Shown: one piece after another, positions 28,403-36,692 of the stretch | Layout of the letters: every line of letters starts with the position of its first letter | Numbering within the stretch: the stretch's first letter is position 1 | From: Dehalococcoidia bacterium | GTDB lineage: Bacteria; Chloroflexota; Dehalococcoidia; Lucifugimonadales; UBA2985 | Direction: 5' to 3' | NCBI GenBank assembly: GCA_963582505.1 | Contig: CAUZSC010000002.1 | Coordinates: forward strand, 1 to 41,812 | DNA length: 41,812 bases | The notes under the pieces: model-generated | Databases searched by the model: none | What the model was told of the DNA's origin: nothing | What the model saw: only the letters and a program-made list of their open reading frames with translations | Program-made: the position numbers and the translations under genes

Positions 28403-29368
28403 TTAATCGTACCTAACTCTAGGGTCAAGAACTCCATATGTAAGATCCACAAGCAAATTCACAAAAACAACCCACATAGAGAATACTGTCACTAGGGATT
28501 GAACCACGGGATAATCTCTCTGGTTCATACCTTCTATAAGCAGTCGCCCTATACCAGGCAATGAGAAAATCTGTTCTATTATAACTGAACCACCCATAGT
28601 CAAAGCGAATGTAACCCCAATTACCGTAACAACTGGGATCAAAGCATTCTTGAGCGCATGACGGTAGACTACTACAAAGGCCTTTAGCCCTTTTGCATGA
28701 GCTGTTCTTATATAGTCCTGACGAAGAACTTCCAACATGGTAGATCTCATCATTCTAGCTTGAGTGGCAGAACTTATGTATCCCAGCATTACTGCTGGCC
28801 ATATAAATTGCTTGAGATTCTCTATAGGATCTTCTATAAATGGAATGTATTTTAGTCTTGGATTCCAATCCAGAAGATACATGCCACCAACCAAAAGCAG
28901 GGTGGCTGTCCAAAAGCTAGGTACAGACAATCCTGCGAGCGAGAAAATTCTAACCACATAGTCAATCCAGGTATCACGCTTTAAGGCCATGATAATTCCT
29001 GATGGTATACCCAAACATAAGGCCAAAGACTGGGCCATAATAACCAATTGGAGTGTAATCGGTAGTCTATTCTTGAATTCATCCCAGACCTGTGTTCCAG
29101 AAAACATAGAAGTTCCCCAGTCCAATCTCAAGATATCAAACAACCAATTAAAATACTGTGCTGGCAATGGCATATCTAATCCGAGGGCTTCTCTAATTGT
29201 CTGAAGGTCTTCTGCTGTAACATCCGAAGCTTCTCCACCCGTGATCTCCATTGCAATCATCATAGCCACGTCACCAGGAGCAATTCTAAGAATAGCAAAT
29301 ATCAGAAGAGACACTAATAGTGCTGTCATCATTCCCAGGATAATTCGTCTAGCTACATATCGTTGCAT
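28403..29368 (-). CDS. ABC transporter permease, DppB/OppB type (cassette 2).
   Basis: Collinear paralog of 24235..25197 (IFAILRIAPGDVA, LRQDYIRTAHAKGL and LTYGVLDPRVRYD are identical). Confidence 0.9.
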   Translation of the reverse strand: MQRYVARRIILGMMTALLVSLLIFAILRIAPGDVAMMIAMEITGGEASDVTAEDLQTIREALGLDMPLPAQYFNWLFDILRLDWGTSMFSGTQVWDEFKNRLPITLQLVIMAQSLALCLGIPSGIIMALKRDTWIDYVVRIFSLAGLSVPSFWTATLLLVGGMYLLDWNPRLKYIPFIEDPIENLKQFIWPAVMLGYISSATQARMMRSTMLEVLRQDYIRTAHAKGLKAFVVVYRHALKNALIPVVTVIGVTFALTMGGSVIIEQIFSLPGIGRLLIEGMNQRDYPVVQSLVTVFSMWVVFVNLLVDLTYGVLDPRVRYD

Positions 29369-29457
29369 ATAATCTCCGTCTTACCTATCTAGGCTCCAGA
29401 CATCTTTGCAAGTTACCAATTAGACTCTGTAAAGCAATTGCCATCTAAATTTATCCT

Positions 29458-29493
29458 GTTAGGAGAGTGCAGTAGATTATGCACTCTCCTAAC
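29458..29493 (-). terminator. Intra-operon hairpin between the binding-protein and permease genes, cassette 2.
   Basis: A 13-bp perfect stem (29458-29470 pairs with 29481-29493) with a 10-nt loop. No U-tract follows, so it is more likely a stabiliser or processing structure than a full terminator. Confidence 0.5.
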
Positions 29494-29544
29494 TCCAATA
29501 CTTCTAACTCTGAAGGTAGCTCTTTTAAAAAACTCCTTCTTTTT

Positions 29545-31461
29545 TTAGTCGCCTAACCAGACTCTCTCCCACATAGCACCTTTCGTGAAGGAGAAGTAGT
29601 CATAGCCTGCATACCCTTTCACTTCACTCCTCCATGATGGGAATATGTTTGTCCATCCCAACATGGTGTGCCATCCATGAACTTCTGTCCTGAGATAGTC
29701 CTCCATCTCTCTCACAAGTTCATATCTTTTCTCAAGGTCCATCTCTCCAGATTGAGCGTCAATCATCTTTTCCAACTTCGCCAACTTGTCTGGAGCTTCT
29801 TCCCATAAACCAGCCAAAGCAGCCTTGTCTCCGTAGGTGGCGGCAACGAAGTCTCTATGATACGCTCTCATATACTGATCGTCAGGATCTCCAGTGTTTG
29901 TACTAACAACACCGGATCCAACAGTCAGTGTATAGTTATTCTGACTCCTCTTATCGTATACAGGAGTTGTATCTCCGAAATCTGATGCTACTTCCCAGTT
30001 TACATTTTTCTTCAACTGGTCTATTACAAACAGACAACCGTCAACATCACTCGACTGTGTAGAAGGAGCAAGACAATCAATAGCAGGTCTGTTACCCGCT
30101 CCAAATGCCTCGTCCAACAATCTGTTGGCCTCAGCGTAGTCGGCATCCTTTGGTTGAGTCCACCCTGCCCAAGTACTTATTTCATCATCGGAAGCAGAGA
30201 AGTAGGTCCCTGGTGGCATACTGTACGCCATGTTAGTTCCTTCAATAACACTCTTACCGACTATAACTTGCCTGAACATTTTCCATTCTTCTCTATCCAA
30301 GGCCAAATGAACAGCTTCTCTGACTCTCCAATCATTGAATGGAGGCTTAGCTGCGTTGAAATATAGTACCCTGGCCCACATGTTTTTCTGTGGGTTTATT
30401 ACTATCGTATCAGGGAAGTCTCTCATAGCCTGCTCAGCCTGACCAGATGTAAAGCCGTAGCTACCTTCTCCGTAGAAGTGTATGTTACCTGTAGCTAGTG
30501 CTGTGAACCTCGCCGTCGCATCTCTAAGAACTACGTTCTCATATTTATCCAGCAACGGAAGCCCATCTCTCCAGTAATTTTCATTCTTTACCCAGTTTGC
30601 AGATGTTCCAACAGTTATGGAATCAGGCCTAAATGCACCTGTACCAGTCTGCCACAAGAAATTGTTTGGAACATTTGTGTTCATAATATTTTCTTCATGT
30701 GAATGAAGCCACTCAATCCAATCCTTATCAAGCATAGCCAATCCTCGGCCAAGTGAGGACATAGTCCTTGCCTTTGGAGGATCAAAATTGATTACAACAC
30801 TAAGACCCTTAGGGCCATCTGGGCATGTAGAGCTCTCATAGTGTGGAATCATAGCCTGCGTAGTTCTCATAAGAGGTGCTTCATGCGCCGGCGGGTTCGC
30901 CATTCTCTCAAAAGTAGCAACCATATCTTCGCATGTAAATGAATCACCATTTACTTTGCTAGCTACTTCAGCAGGTAAGTGAGGGTTAGTATAGAAAGTA
31001 ACACCTTCTCTGATTGTGATTGCCAAAGATTTTCCATCACCTGCCATTGACCATGTCTCAGCAACATCTCCCTTTATAGCTTCCATGTCACCAACCCAAG
31101 GGTCTATGTTGAACAACGAGTTATAAGCTAACTCACTCCAACATCCATGAGCATAACATCCTCCTATAGTTGAAGGATTAAATTTGGTCGTATCCCGGTT
31201 AGAACCAAATATGAACGTACCACCGCTGACAGGCTGACCCCACTCTGGGTTATATCCAGGGCTGTCTAGGTATTGCTCAAGAATAGTTTTATCTACATCC
31301 GGAACGATTTCAGGAACTGCTGTAGCAACAACCTCAGGTACTGCCGTAGCTGGCTTAGCTGTTGGCTGTGCTGCTTCCTCTCCTGCACAAGCCATCGCTA
31401 CAATTAACAGCAATGACATGCAAACCGTTATCAAAATCCCAATACGAGGCGGTTTTCGCAT
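29545..31461 (-). CDS. ABC transporter substrate-binding lipoprotein, family 5, cassette 2.
   Basis: Signal peptide with the same IVAMACAGE lipobox context as cassette 1. The mature domain is collinear with the cassette 1 binding protein but much more diverged than the permeases are. Confidence 0.8.
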   Translation of the reverse strand: MRKPPRIGILITVCMSLLLIVAMACAGEEAAQPTAKPATAVPEVVATAVPEIVPDVDKTILEQYLDSPGYNPEWGQPVSGGTFIFGSNRDTTKFNPSTIGGCYAHGCWSELAYNSLFNIDPWVGDMEAIKGDVAETWSMAGDGKSLAITIREGVTFYTNPHLPAEVASKVNGDSFTCEDMVATFERMANPPAHEAPLMRTTQAMIPHYESSTCPDGPKGLSVVINFDPPKARTMSSLGRGLAMLDKDWIEWLHSHEENIMNTNVPNNFLWQTGTGAFRPDSITVGTSANWVKNENYWRDGLPLLDKYENVVLRDATARFTALATGNIHFYGEGSYGFTSGQAEQAMRDFPDTIVINPQKNMWARVLYFNAAKPPFNDWRVREAVHLALDREEWKMFRQVIVGKSVIEGTNMAYSMPPGTYFSASDDEISTWAGWTQPKDADYAEANRLLDEAFGAGNRPAIDCLAPSTQSSDVDGCLFVIDQLKKNVNWEVASDFGDTTPVYDKRSQNNYTLTVGSGVVSTNTGDPDDQYMRAYHRDFVAATYGDKAALAGLWEEAPDKLAKLEKMIDAQSGEMDLEKRYELVREMEDYLRTEVHGWHTMLGWTNIFPSWRSEVKGYAGYDYFSFTKGAMWERVWLGD

Positions 31462-31492
31462 CTTTTAACCCTACCTTTCGAAGGATGTTGAA

Positions 31493-31522
31493 ATACTAGT
31501 CCTGCCGTGTATTCTTTGTCAA
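31493..31522 (-). promoter_or_regulatory. Candidate promoter of cassette 2.
   Basis: On the minus strand: TTGACA (31522-31517), 18 nt, TAGTAT (31498-31493), about 30 nt upstream of the start at 31461. Confidence 0.4.
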
Positions 31523-31710
31523 GTACAATTACTAGCTACTTTTCATCATTTTGCAAGTAGTTCTTCATACTCTTTCAAGGTCATTCGAATATATAGATAA
31601 AATACCAATCAAAATAGATTACAACAACCATACCCACTAACTAACCATCTGCAATCAATTCGATCTTTTCACCAATACCTATATAGATATTGGTTTTATT
31701 GATATTTTCC

Positions 31711-31739
31711 TTGATACAGATTTTGGCATATGATAAAAT
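31711..31739 (+). promoter_or_regulatory. Candidate promoter of tRNA-Glu.
   Basis: TTGATA (31711-31716), 17 nt, TAAAAT (31734-31739), 33 nt upstream of the mature tRNA 5' end. Confidence 0.55.
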
Positions 31740-31772
31740 CTGGCAGTCCATAAGGTTGATTCACATATTATT

Positions 31773-31849
31773 GGCGCATTCGTCTAGTGGCCTAGGACGC
31801 CGCCCTCTCAAGGCGGAGATCACGGGTTCGAGTCCCGTATGCGCCACCA
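31773..31849 (+). tRNA. tRNA-Glu (anticodon CUC) with genomically encoded CCA.
   Basis: Cloverleaf folded by hand: acceptor GGCGCAT/ATGCGCC, D-stem GTCT/GGAC, anticodon stem CCGCC/GGCGG, loop CTCTCAA (anticodon CTC at 31807-31809), T-arm ACGGG-TTCGAGT-CCCGT, discriminator A, then CCA. Confidence 0.95.
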
Positions 31850-31875
31850 AACATCTAGGTGTCACCCCTGCAACC

Positions 31876-31910
31876 TAGAGAGTTATACCTAAGGTAAGTA
31901 TAACTCTCTA
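31876..31910. terminator. Stem-loop between the convergent tRNA-Glu and HIT/replication-operon transcripts.
   Basis: A 13-bp perfect stem TAGAGAGTTATAC/GTATAACTCTCTA with a 9-nt loop. There is no clear U-tract on either side. Confidence 0.45.
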
Positions 31911-32060
31911 CAATGTCAGAAATATGCCAATAGTAAATGACATACAATCGCAACTAAATAGTACAAATTTTATAGATGCTTCTAAACCCAACAATTTAGA
32001 AGAGCCTCTAGATAGTGGAATCGTATAGGCAGTACAGAAATATAATGCAAACTACAATAC

Positions 32061-32432
32061 TTATACGTAATGACCTAATCTGGTCCCACCCAATACATGT
32101 AGGTGTCCATGGCTCTGGCTCTGGATGGCGTCATATCCAAAATTGGATAGTAATCTAAAACCGCCGGGGCAGAACTTATCGCCCATTTCCAAAGCCACCT
32201 TAGATACTTTAGCCAAAATATCACCTCTCCACATATCTTCCTGTGACATGTGTTCTTTAGGCATAACTAGAAGCATCACTGGAACCCATTTGAGTTGATT
32301 GTTAATCACCACAACATCATCATCTATGTAATGGATAACGCCTGGAACGTTGCCTTTCATGATTTCACAAAATATGCAGTAACCAGAGGACCCTGAAAGA
32401 TGGCCAGTTGAGTGCCCTGTGAAAAACGTCAT
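32061..32432 (-). CDS. HIT (histidine triad) family nucleotide hydrolase/transferase.
   Basis: CIFCEI near the N-terminus and the histidine triad SHGHLHVLGG near the C-terminus. Confidence 0.85.
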   Translation of the reverse strand: MTFFTGHSTGHLSGSSGYCIFCEIMKGNVPGVIHYIDDDVVVINNQLKWVPVMLLVMPKEHMSQEDMWRGDILAKVSKVALEMGDKFCPGGFRLLSNFGYDAIQSQSHGHLHVLGGTRLGHYV

Positions 32433-32469
32433 TTGTTACTCATAAAACAATTTATCCCTACTCTACTCA

Positions 32470-33846
32470 TTACCTTTTATCCGCTCTACCCCTATATCTA
32501 TAATCCGGTGCATCTATTGGTATTACTGAGACTAATGTAACATCCAATAAACGGGAAACAATAGGGTCTGACCTCTTATCTTCGTCCAATTCTCTTGTAG
32601 TTATTATAGTTGGAAGTCTGGCATCATGTCTGTGAACCAACAATTGGTACAATTTCTCTCTTGCCCATGGAGTAGCGTGATACGCACCAAAGTCTCTAAG
32701 TATCAGTATAGATGCGTTACGTACTTGATCAAATCTAGTATCATATGTGACCTTACTGTCCGGGCTAAATGTATCCCTAAGATAATCAAGTAGATCTGCT
32801 ACCAAAAAGTACATCACTCGTTGCCCACGCCTTAAGCACTCATTTGCAATCGCCAGCGACAAATGAGTTTTACCACTACCTGTGGGACCCAGAAAAACCA
32901 ACCAGCCATCCGGAGCATTTGCGAAATTTTTCGCATACGCCAATGCCATTTCAAGGCTTTGTATTTGTTGCCTATCTGCTCCGTTACCTTTTAGGTTAAA
33001 CGAATCAAACGTGAACCTGTTAATAACATTCTTGTCGACAATACCCCATTTGTCCTTACCCACGCCAGTCTCATTTAAAGTCAAATGACATACAATGCCG
33101 TTTTCTTCGTCAAGAAGCCTAGTTTTCCAATGTGAATCTAGATTTTCTATTGGTTGACTAATAGTAAATATCGTTGGCAATTTATTGACGTACCTATAGT
33201 TTATGATTTGATAAATTTTTTCCTGTGCCCAAGATGTACTACTTTGAGTTCCCAAGTCGTCTAGAACCAACAACGGGGCATTACGAACTTGTTCAAATAA
33301 CTGGTCGTATGAAATTTCGCTTGAAGAAGTGTACGTAGACCTTAGATGGTCCAGAAGATCTGGCACAAACACGAAAAAGGAATGCTGTCCGTTTTCCAAG
33401 GCTCTATTAACAATAGCAGCTGCTAGATGTGTTTTTCCGCTACCACTTGGACCGGAGAACATCAACCACCCTTCTGGTTCATCCGCAAATCTCCTAGCAG
33501 TATTGAAGGCATATTGGAAAAGTTCCTGATCACTGCCAGCCTTAGAGGGGCCGTTTGAGCCTAATGTATCAAATGTAACCCTTGTTAATGGCCCTAGGTT
33601 GCTATACCTCTGTAACTGTAGCAACTTAGAAGGATCTGAGTGTATTTTCGTGCAATTACATGGTACAGCTTTCGCATACGACGGATCCCCGACAGGTACA
33701 TCAGGTATTACCCACTTAAGATCTCCGCATATGTCGCATGCAGTATCTAGAATACTCACATCCTCAGGATGGTCTCTCCAGCCCGTATTTCCTGATCCAC
33801 TCTCTGGAATCAACTTTTTTAATATCTCGTCCAGACTCTCCATCAT
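32470..33846 (-). CDS. DnaC/DnaI-like helicase loader with an N-terminal Cys cluster and two tandem AAA+ modules.
   Basis: CDICGD...CNC at the N-terminus. Module 1: GPSGSGKTH plus LLVLDDLG. Module 2: GPTGSGKTH plus ILILRDFG. The modules are mutually alignable over ~190 aa. GAAGGA lies 4-7 nt upstream of the tandem ATG ATG start. Confidence 0.8.
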   Translation of the reverse strand: MMESLDEILKKLIPESGSGNTGWRDHPEDVSILDTACDICGDLKWVIPDVPVGDPSYAKAVPCNCTKIHSDPSKLLQLQRYSNLGPLTRVTFDTLGSNGPSKAGSDQELFQYAFNTARRFADEPEGWLMFSGPSGSGKTHLAAAIVNRALENGQHSFFVFVPDLLDHLRSTYTSSSEISYDQLFEQVRNAPLLVLDDLGTQSSTSWAQEKIYQIINYRYVNKLPTIFTISQPIENLDSHWKTRLLDEENGIVCHLTLNETGVGKDKWGIVDKNVINRFTFDSFNLKGNGADRQQIQSLEMALAYAKNFANAPDGWLVFLGPTGSGKTHLSLAIANECLRRGQRVMYFLVADLLDYLRDTFSPDSKVTYDTRFDQVRNASILILRDFGAYHATPWAREKLYQLLVHRHDARLPTIITTRELDEDKRSDPIVSRLLDVTLVSVIPIDAPDYRYRGRADKR

Positions 33847-34486
33847 ATTTTCCTTCTGTATGCCATCTCTTAAGTATAGCTTCTATATAACGCCAGTTTC
33901 TCTTATTTAGTAAAACTGCTTGCTTAAATGCTTCGTCTAACCAGTCTTCTGGGTAGATAGATTCAGCTTCTTTAAGTTCATCTGACATTATAGGTGTAAT
34001 CACACCAATATTTTGTTCATAAAGTTTAAATATGTTTGCCTTATCTATAGGAAGGTCCCTATTAGAATCTTTCTTTATTAAAACTGAATTATAGCTATCC
34101 GCATTATTCAAGTACTTAACAGACTCCCGCCCTTCTTCGGTATTCAGGATGTAGACATCTATACCATTCGCATCATTGGCATGTTCTGAAACTTTCGATT
34201 TGAGGAGCACACCTAAGGAAACAACATCGTTCAATACTGCTTGTAATTCATCTTCCGAGAATTTTCCATTGGCCGCCACAGTCTTCCGTATAGTATCATC
34301 GTATCTTAACTCATCAAAAGTTAGAAACCTCGGGAATCCGGTTTTCTGATAGTGCATCCATATTGTACGCAAAACACATTTAAGCAATGTTATGTCTTGA
34401 ATTTCCTCCATAAGCCGGCCAAATAGAGGATTTGGCACTGGGGTAAACGTTACTCCATCAGGAAACACATATGAATCCGCCATCAT
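33764..34486 (-). CDS. DnaD-domain replication initiation / helicase-loading protein.
   Basis: C-terminal DnaD/DnaB_2-type motif NIFKLYEQNIGVITPIMSDELKEAESIYPEDWLDEAFKQAVLLNKRNWRYIEAILKRWHTEG. The start overlaps the dnaB stop by 4 nt (ATGA). Confidence 0.75.
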   Translation of the reverse strand: MMADSYVFPDGVTFTPVPNPLFGRLMEEIQDITLLKCVLRTIWMHYQKTGFPRFLTFDELRYDDTIRKTVAANGKFSEDELQAVLNDVVSLGVLLKSKVSEHANDANGIDVYILNTEEGRESVKYLNNADSYNSVLIKKDSNRDLPIDKANIFKLYEQNIGVITPIMSDELKEAESIYPEDWLDEAFKQAVLLNKRNWRYIEAILKRWHTEGKYDGESGRDIKKVDSREWIRKYGLERPS

Positions 34487-35844
34487 ATATTGCCAGAGAC
34501 AGGCATGTCTTCGAAACGAGAAAGCGGTCCTCTAAATCTGAGATTTAGTGTGTCTACAGGACCATGCCTATGTTTGGCAATGATTAGCTCCGCTATATCC
34601 TTTGGATACGGTTTCCCTGGAAATCTCGCGTCCCAATCATCTTCGTTATGATAAAAATCATCTCTATGTATAAATATAACTATATCTGCATCCTGTTCTA
34701 TGCTACCACTATCTCTTAGATCTGAAAGTTGAGGCCTATGCGAGGGCCGTTGTTCAACGGCTCTACTAAGCTGAGATATTGCCAGCAATGGTATGTTTAA
34801 ATCTCTCGCCACACCCTTCAAGGATCTAGAGATCTCACTTATTTCCTGAACTCTATTCTCAGATCTCCTGCTACCCCCGATTAACTGCATATAATCTACT
34901 ATGATCATATCCATCTTGTTCTCCATGTGAAGTCTTCTAGCTTTGCTCCTAATTTCAACTATTCCCTCTAATGGAGTATCATCAATATATATCGGGAGTT
35001 CCGACAAAACACCTGCAGCGTTTATTATTCTCCGCTCTTCCTCGTCGCTATAAAGACGTAACCTCAACCTATGGTTATCTACACCAGCCTCGCTAGAAAG
35101 CAATCGTAATCCGATCTGCTCCCTACTCATTTCTAAGCTAAAGATACCTACAACAGATCCTTGGGAAGCTGCATGCCTAGCTATATTAACAGCCAATGTA
35201 CTCTTGCCCAAACTAGGTCTAGAAGCTATCACTATCATATCTGAGCGTTGGAAGCCTCCAAGCAAACCATCTAATCCATTAAACCCGCTCGGGATTGGTG
35301 CAGACCCCCCACCTAGTGCTCCTTCTACTGTGGCACTTTCCTCAAGATATTGATCTAGGATTTCTCTAATCGGAATAAAATCTCTTACCTTTTGTCCGCT
35401 GCGGATATTAAATAATAATTCTTCAGCCTGACCTAAAGCTTGGTGAATATCTGCACCACCTTCATAGCCCAATGACGCTATTTCCCCAGCTGCCCCTATG
35501 AGCCTCCGAGAAGTATGAGTTCTATTTACGATCCTGGCATAGTATTCGATATGAGCAGAAGTTGGGACTGAGGCTACAAGGTGTCCAAGATAAGCAGATC
35601 CTCCAACGTCTTCCAACTTACTCATCAAGGCCAAGCGATGCCCAACTGTAACTGAATTTATAGCCTCATTATCTTGCCATAGAGACAAACATGCCTCGTA
35701 ACACCAACGATTCTTTTCCATGTAAAAATCGTCCGGCTCAAGAAAGCTAACCGTACTGAGAATCGATTCCCCATCTATAAGTAAGGAACCCAAAACAGAC
35801 TCTTCAGCCCGTTGATCATATGGTGGAAGCCTATCCACGTACAT
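34483..35844 (-). CDS. dnaB: Replicative DNA helicase.
   Basis: PPYDQRAEESVLGSLLID N-terminus, Walker A ASRPSLGKST, IIVDYMQL, ISQLSRAVEQR, SGSIEQDAD. At 453 aa it has no intein. Confidence 0.95.
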   Translation of the reverse strand: MYVDRLPPYDQRAEESVLGSLLIDGESILSTVSFLEPDDFYMEKNRWCYEACLSLWQDNEAINSVTVGHRLALMSKLEDVGGSAYLGHLVASVPTSAHIEYYARIVNRTHTSRRLIGAAGEIASLGYEGGADIHQALGQAEELLFNIRSGQKVRDFIPIREILDQYLEESATVEGALGGGSAPIPSGFNGLDGLLGGFQRSDMIVIASRPSLGKSTLAVNIARHAASQGSVVGIFSLEMSREQIGLRLLSSEAGVDNHRLRLRLYSDEEERRIINAAGVLSELPIYIDDTPLEGIVEIRSKARRLHMENKMDMIIVDYMQLIGGSRRSENRVQEISEISRSLKGVARDLNIPLLAISQLSRAVEQRPSHRPQLSDLRDSGSIEQDADIVIFIHRDDFYHNEDDWDARFPGKPYPKDIAELIIAKHRHGPVDTLNLRFRGPLSRFEDMPVSGNI

Positions 35845-35854
35845 ATCTTTACTA

Positions 35855-36448
35855 TTAGGCCTCCGTTACCGAGTAGTCATCCTCAACTGATTCGGCTTCT
35901 TTACCCTGCTCTTCGGATTCGTTATCATCTACCACCAATGTAGCCTCTGTATTTAAATCTGTTACGTCTGAGTCAACTATTTGGTCTTCTATAGCTACAT
36001 CTGAGTCAGATTCCACCATAAGAGATATATTTGCGGCAACCTCTGGATGTACACGAACTTTGATATCAAAACTACCTAATTCATGTATAGCACGGCCTAA
36101 TATGATACCTTTTCTGTCTACTGTTATCCCTAAAGAATCAGAAACTTCTTTTGCTATCATTGCGTTAGTTACAGAACCAAACAGTCTTCCTCTGGGTCCA
36201 GCTTTAACCTTTATAGCAACATTAGCTCCATCTAACTTTATCGCTAAGTCTTGGGCTTCTTCCAATTCTCTAGTACTTCTTTCCATGCCTATTTTCTGTA
36301 AAGCATCCAGCCTAATCAACTGTTGAGGGGTAGCAGCTACAGCCAAACCCTTGGGAATCAGATAATTCCTAGCATAGCCTGTTTTCACCTCTTTTACGTC
36401 ACCTGTTCTAGCAACATTATCTACGTCATCCGTGAATATTACTCTCAT
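35855..36448 (-). CDS. rplI: 50S ribosomal protein L9 with an acidic C-terminal extension.
   Basis: MRVIFTDDVDNVARTGDVKEVKTGYARNYLIPKGLA is a canonical L9 N-domain. The rplI-dnaB linkage is common. The last ~50 aa are D/E-rich and go beyond the usual ~148 aa. Confidence 0.9.
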   Translation of the reverse strand: MRVIFTDDVDNVARTGDVKEVKTGYARNYLIPKGLAVAATPQQLIRLDALQKIGMERSTRELEEAQDLAIKLDGANVAIKVKAGPRGRLFGSVTNAMIAKEVSDSLGITVDRKGIILGRAIHELGSFDIKVRVHPEVAANISLMVESDSDVAIEDQIVDSDVTDLNTEATLVVDDNESEEQGKEAESVEDDYSVTEA

Positions 36449-36692
36449 AAAACCATCCTCTGATTAATCGTGATTATTTATCTATAACGGCAATTTTTGG
36501 TATCTCTAGAAAATCTTTATATCGCATATATACCATCACCTAATAAAGATAGCATAATTAGAATTTTGTGTCTTCAAAAATAAAAAGGAGTATACACATT
36601 TTTCTTTAATATAGAGTAGCCTGATTCTATATTTCTAACTTGAATGCCAAGGAGCTATATTATGCATTATACCTAGGGAGTTGTAATACCTA

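Noticed and set aside
31690-31878. A 62-aa ORF overlapping tRNA-Glu.
   Set aside because: The region folds into a complete canonical tRNA cloverleaf with CCA, so the ORF is incidental.
31773-32470. tRNA-Glu as an integration hotspot or the edge of a genomic island.
   Set aside because: No integrase or recombinase is present, I noticed no direct repeat of the tRNA 3' end elsewhere, and the flanking genes (HIT, replication operon, ABC transporter) are housekeeping-like.
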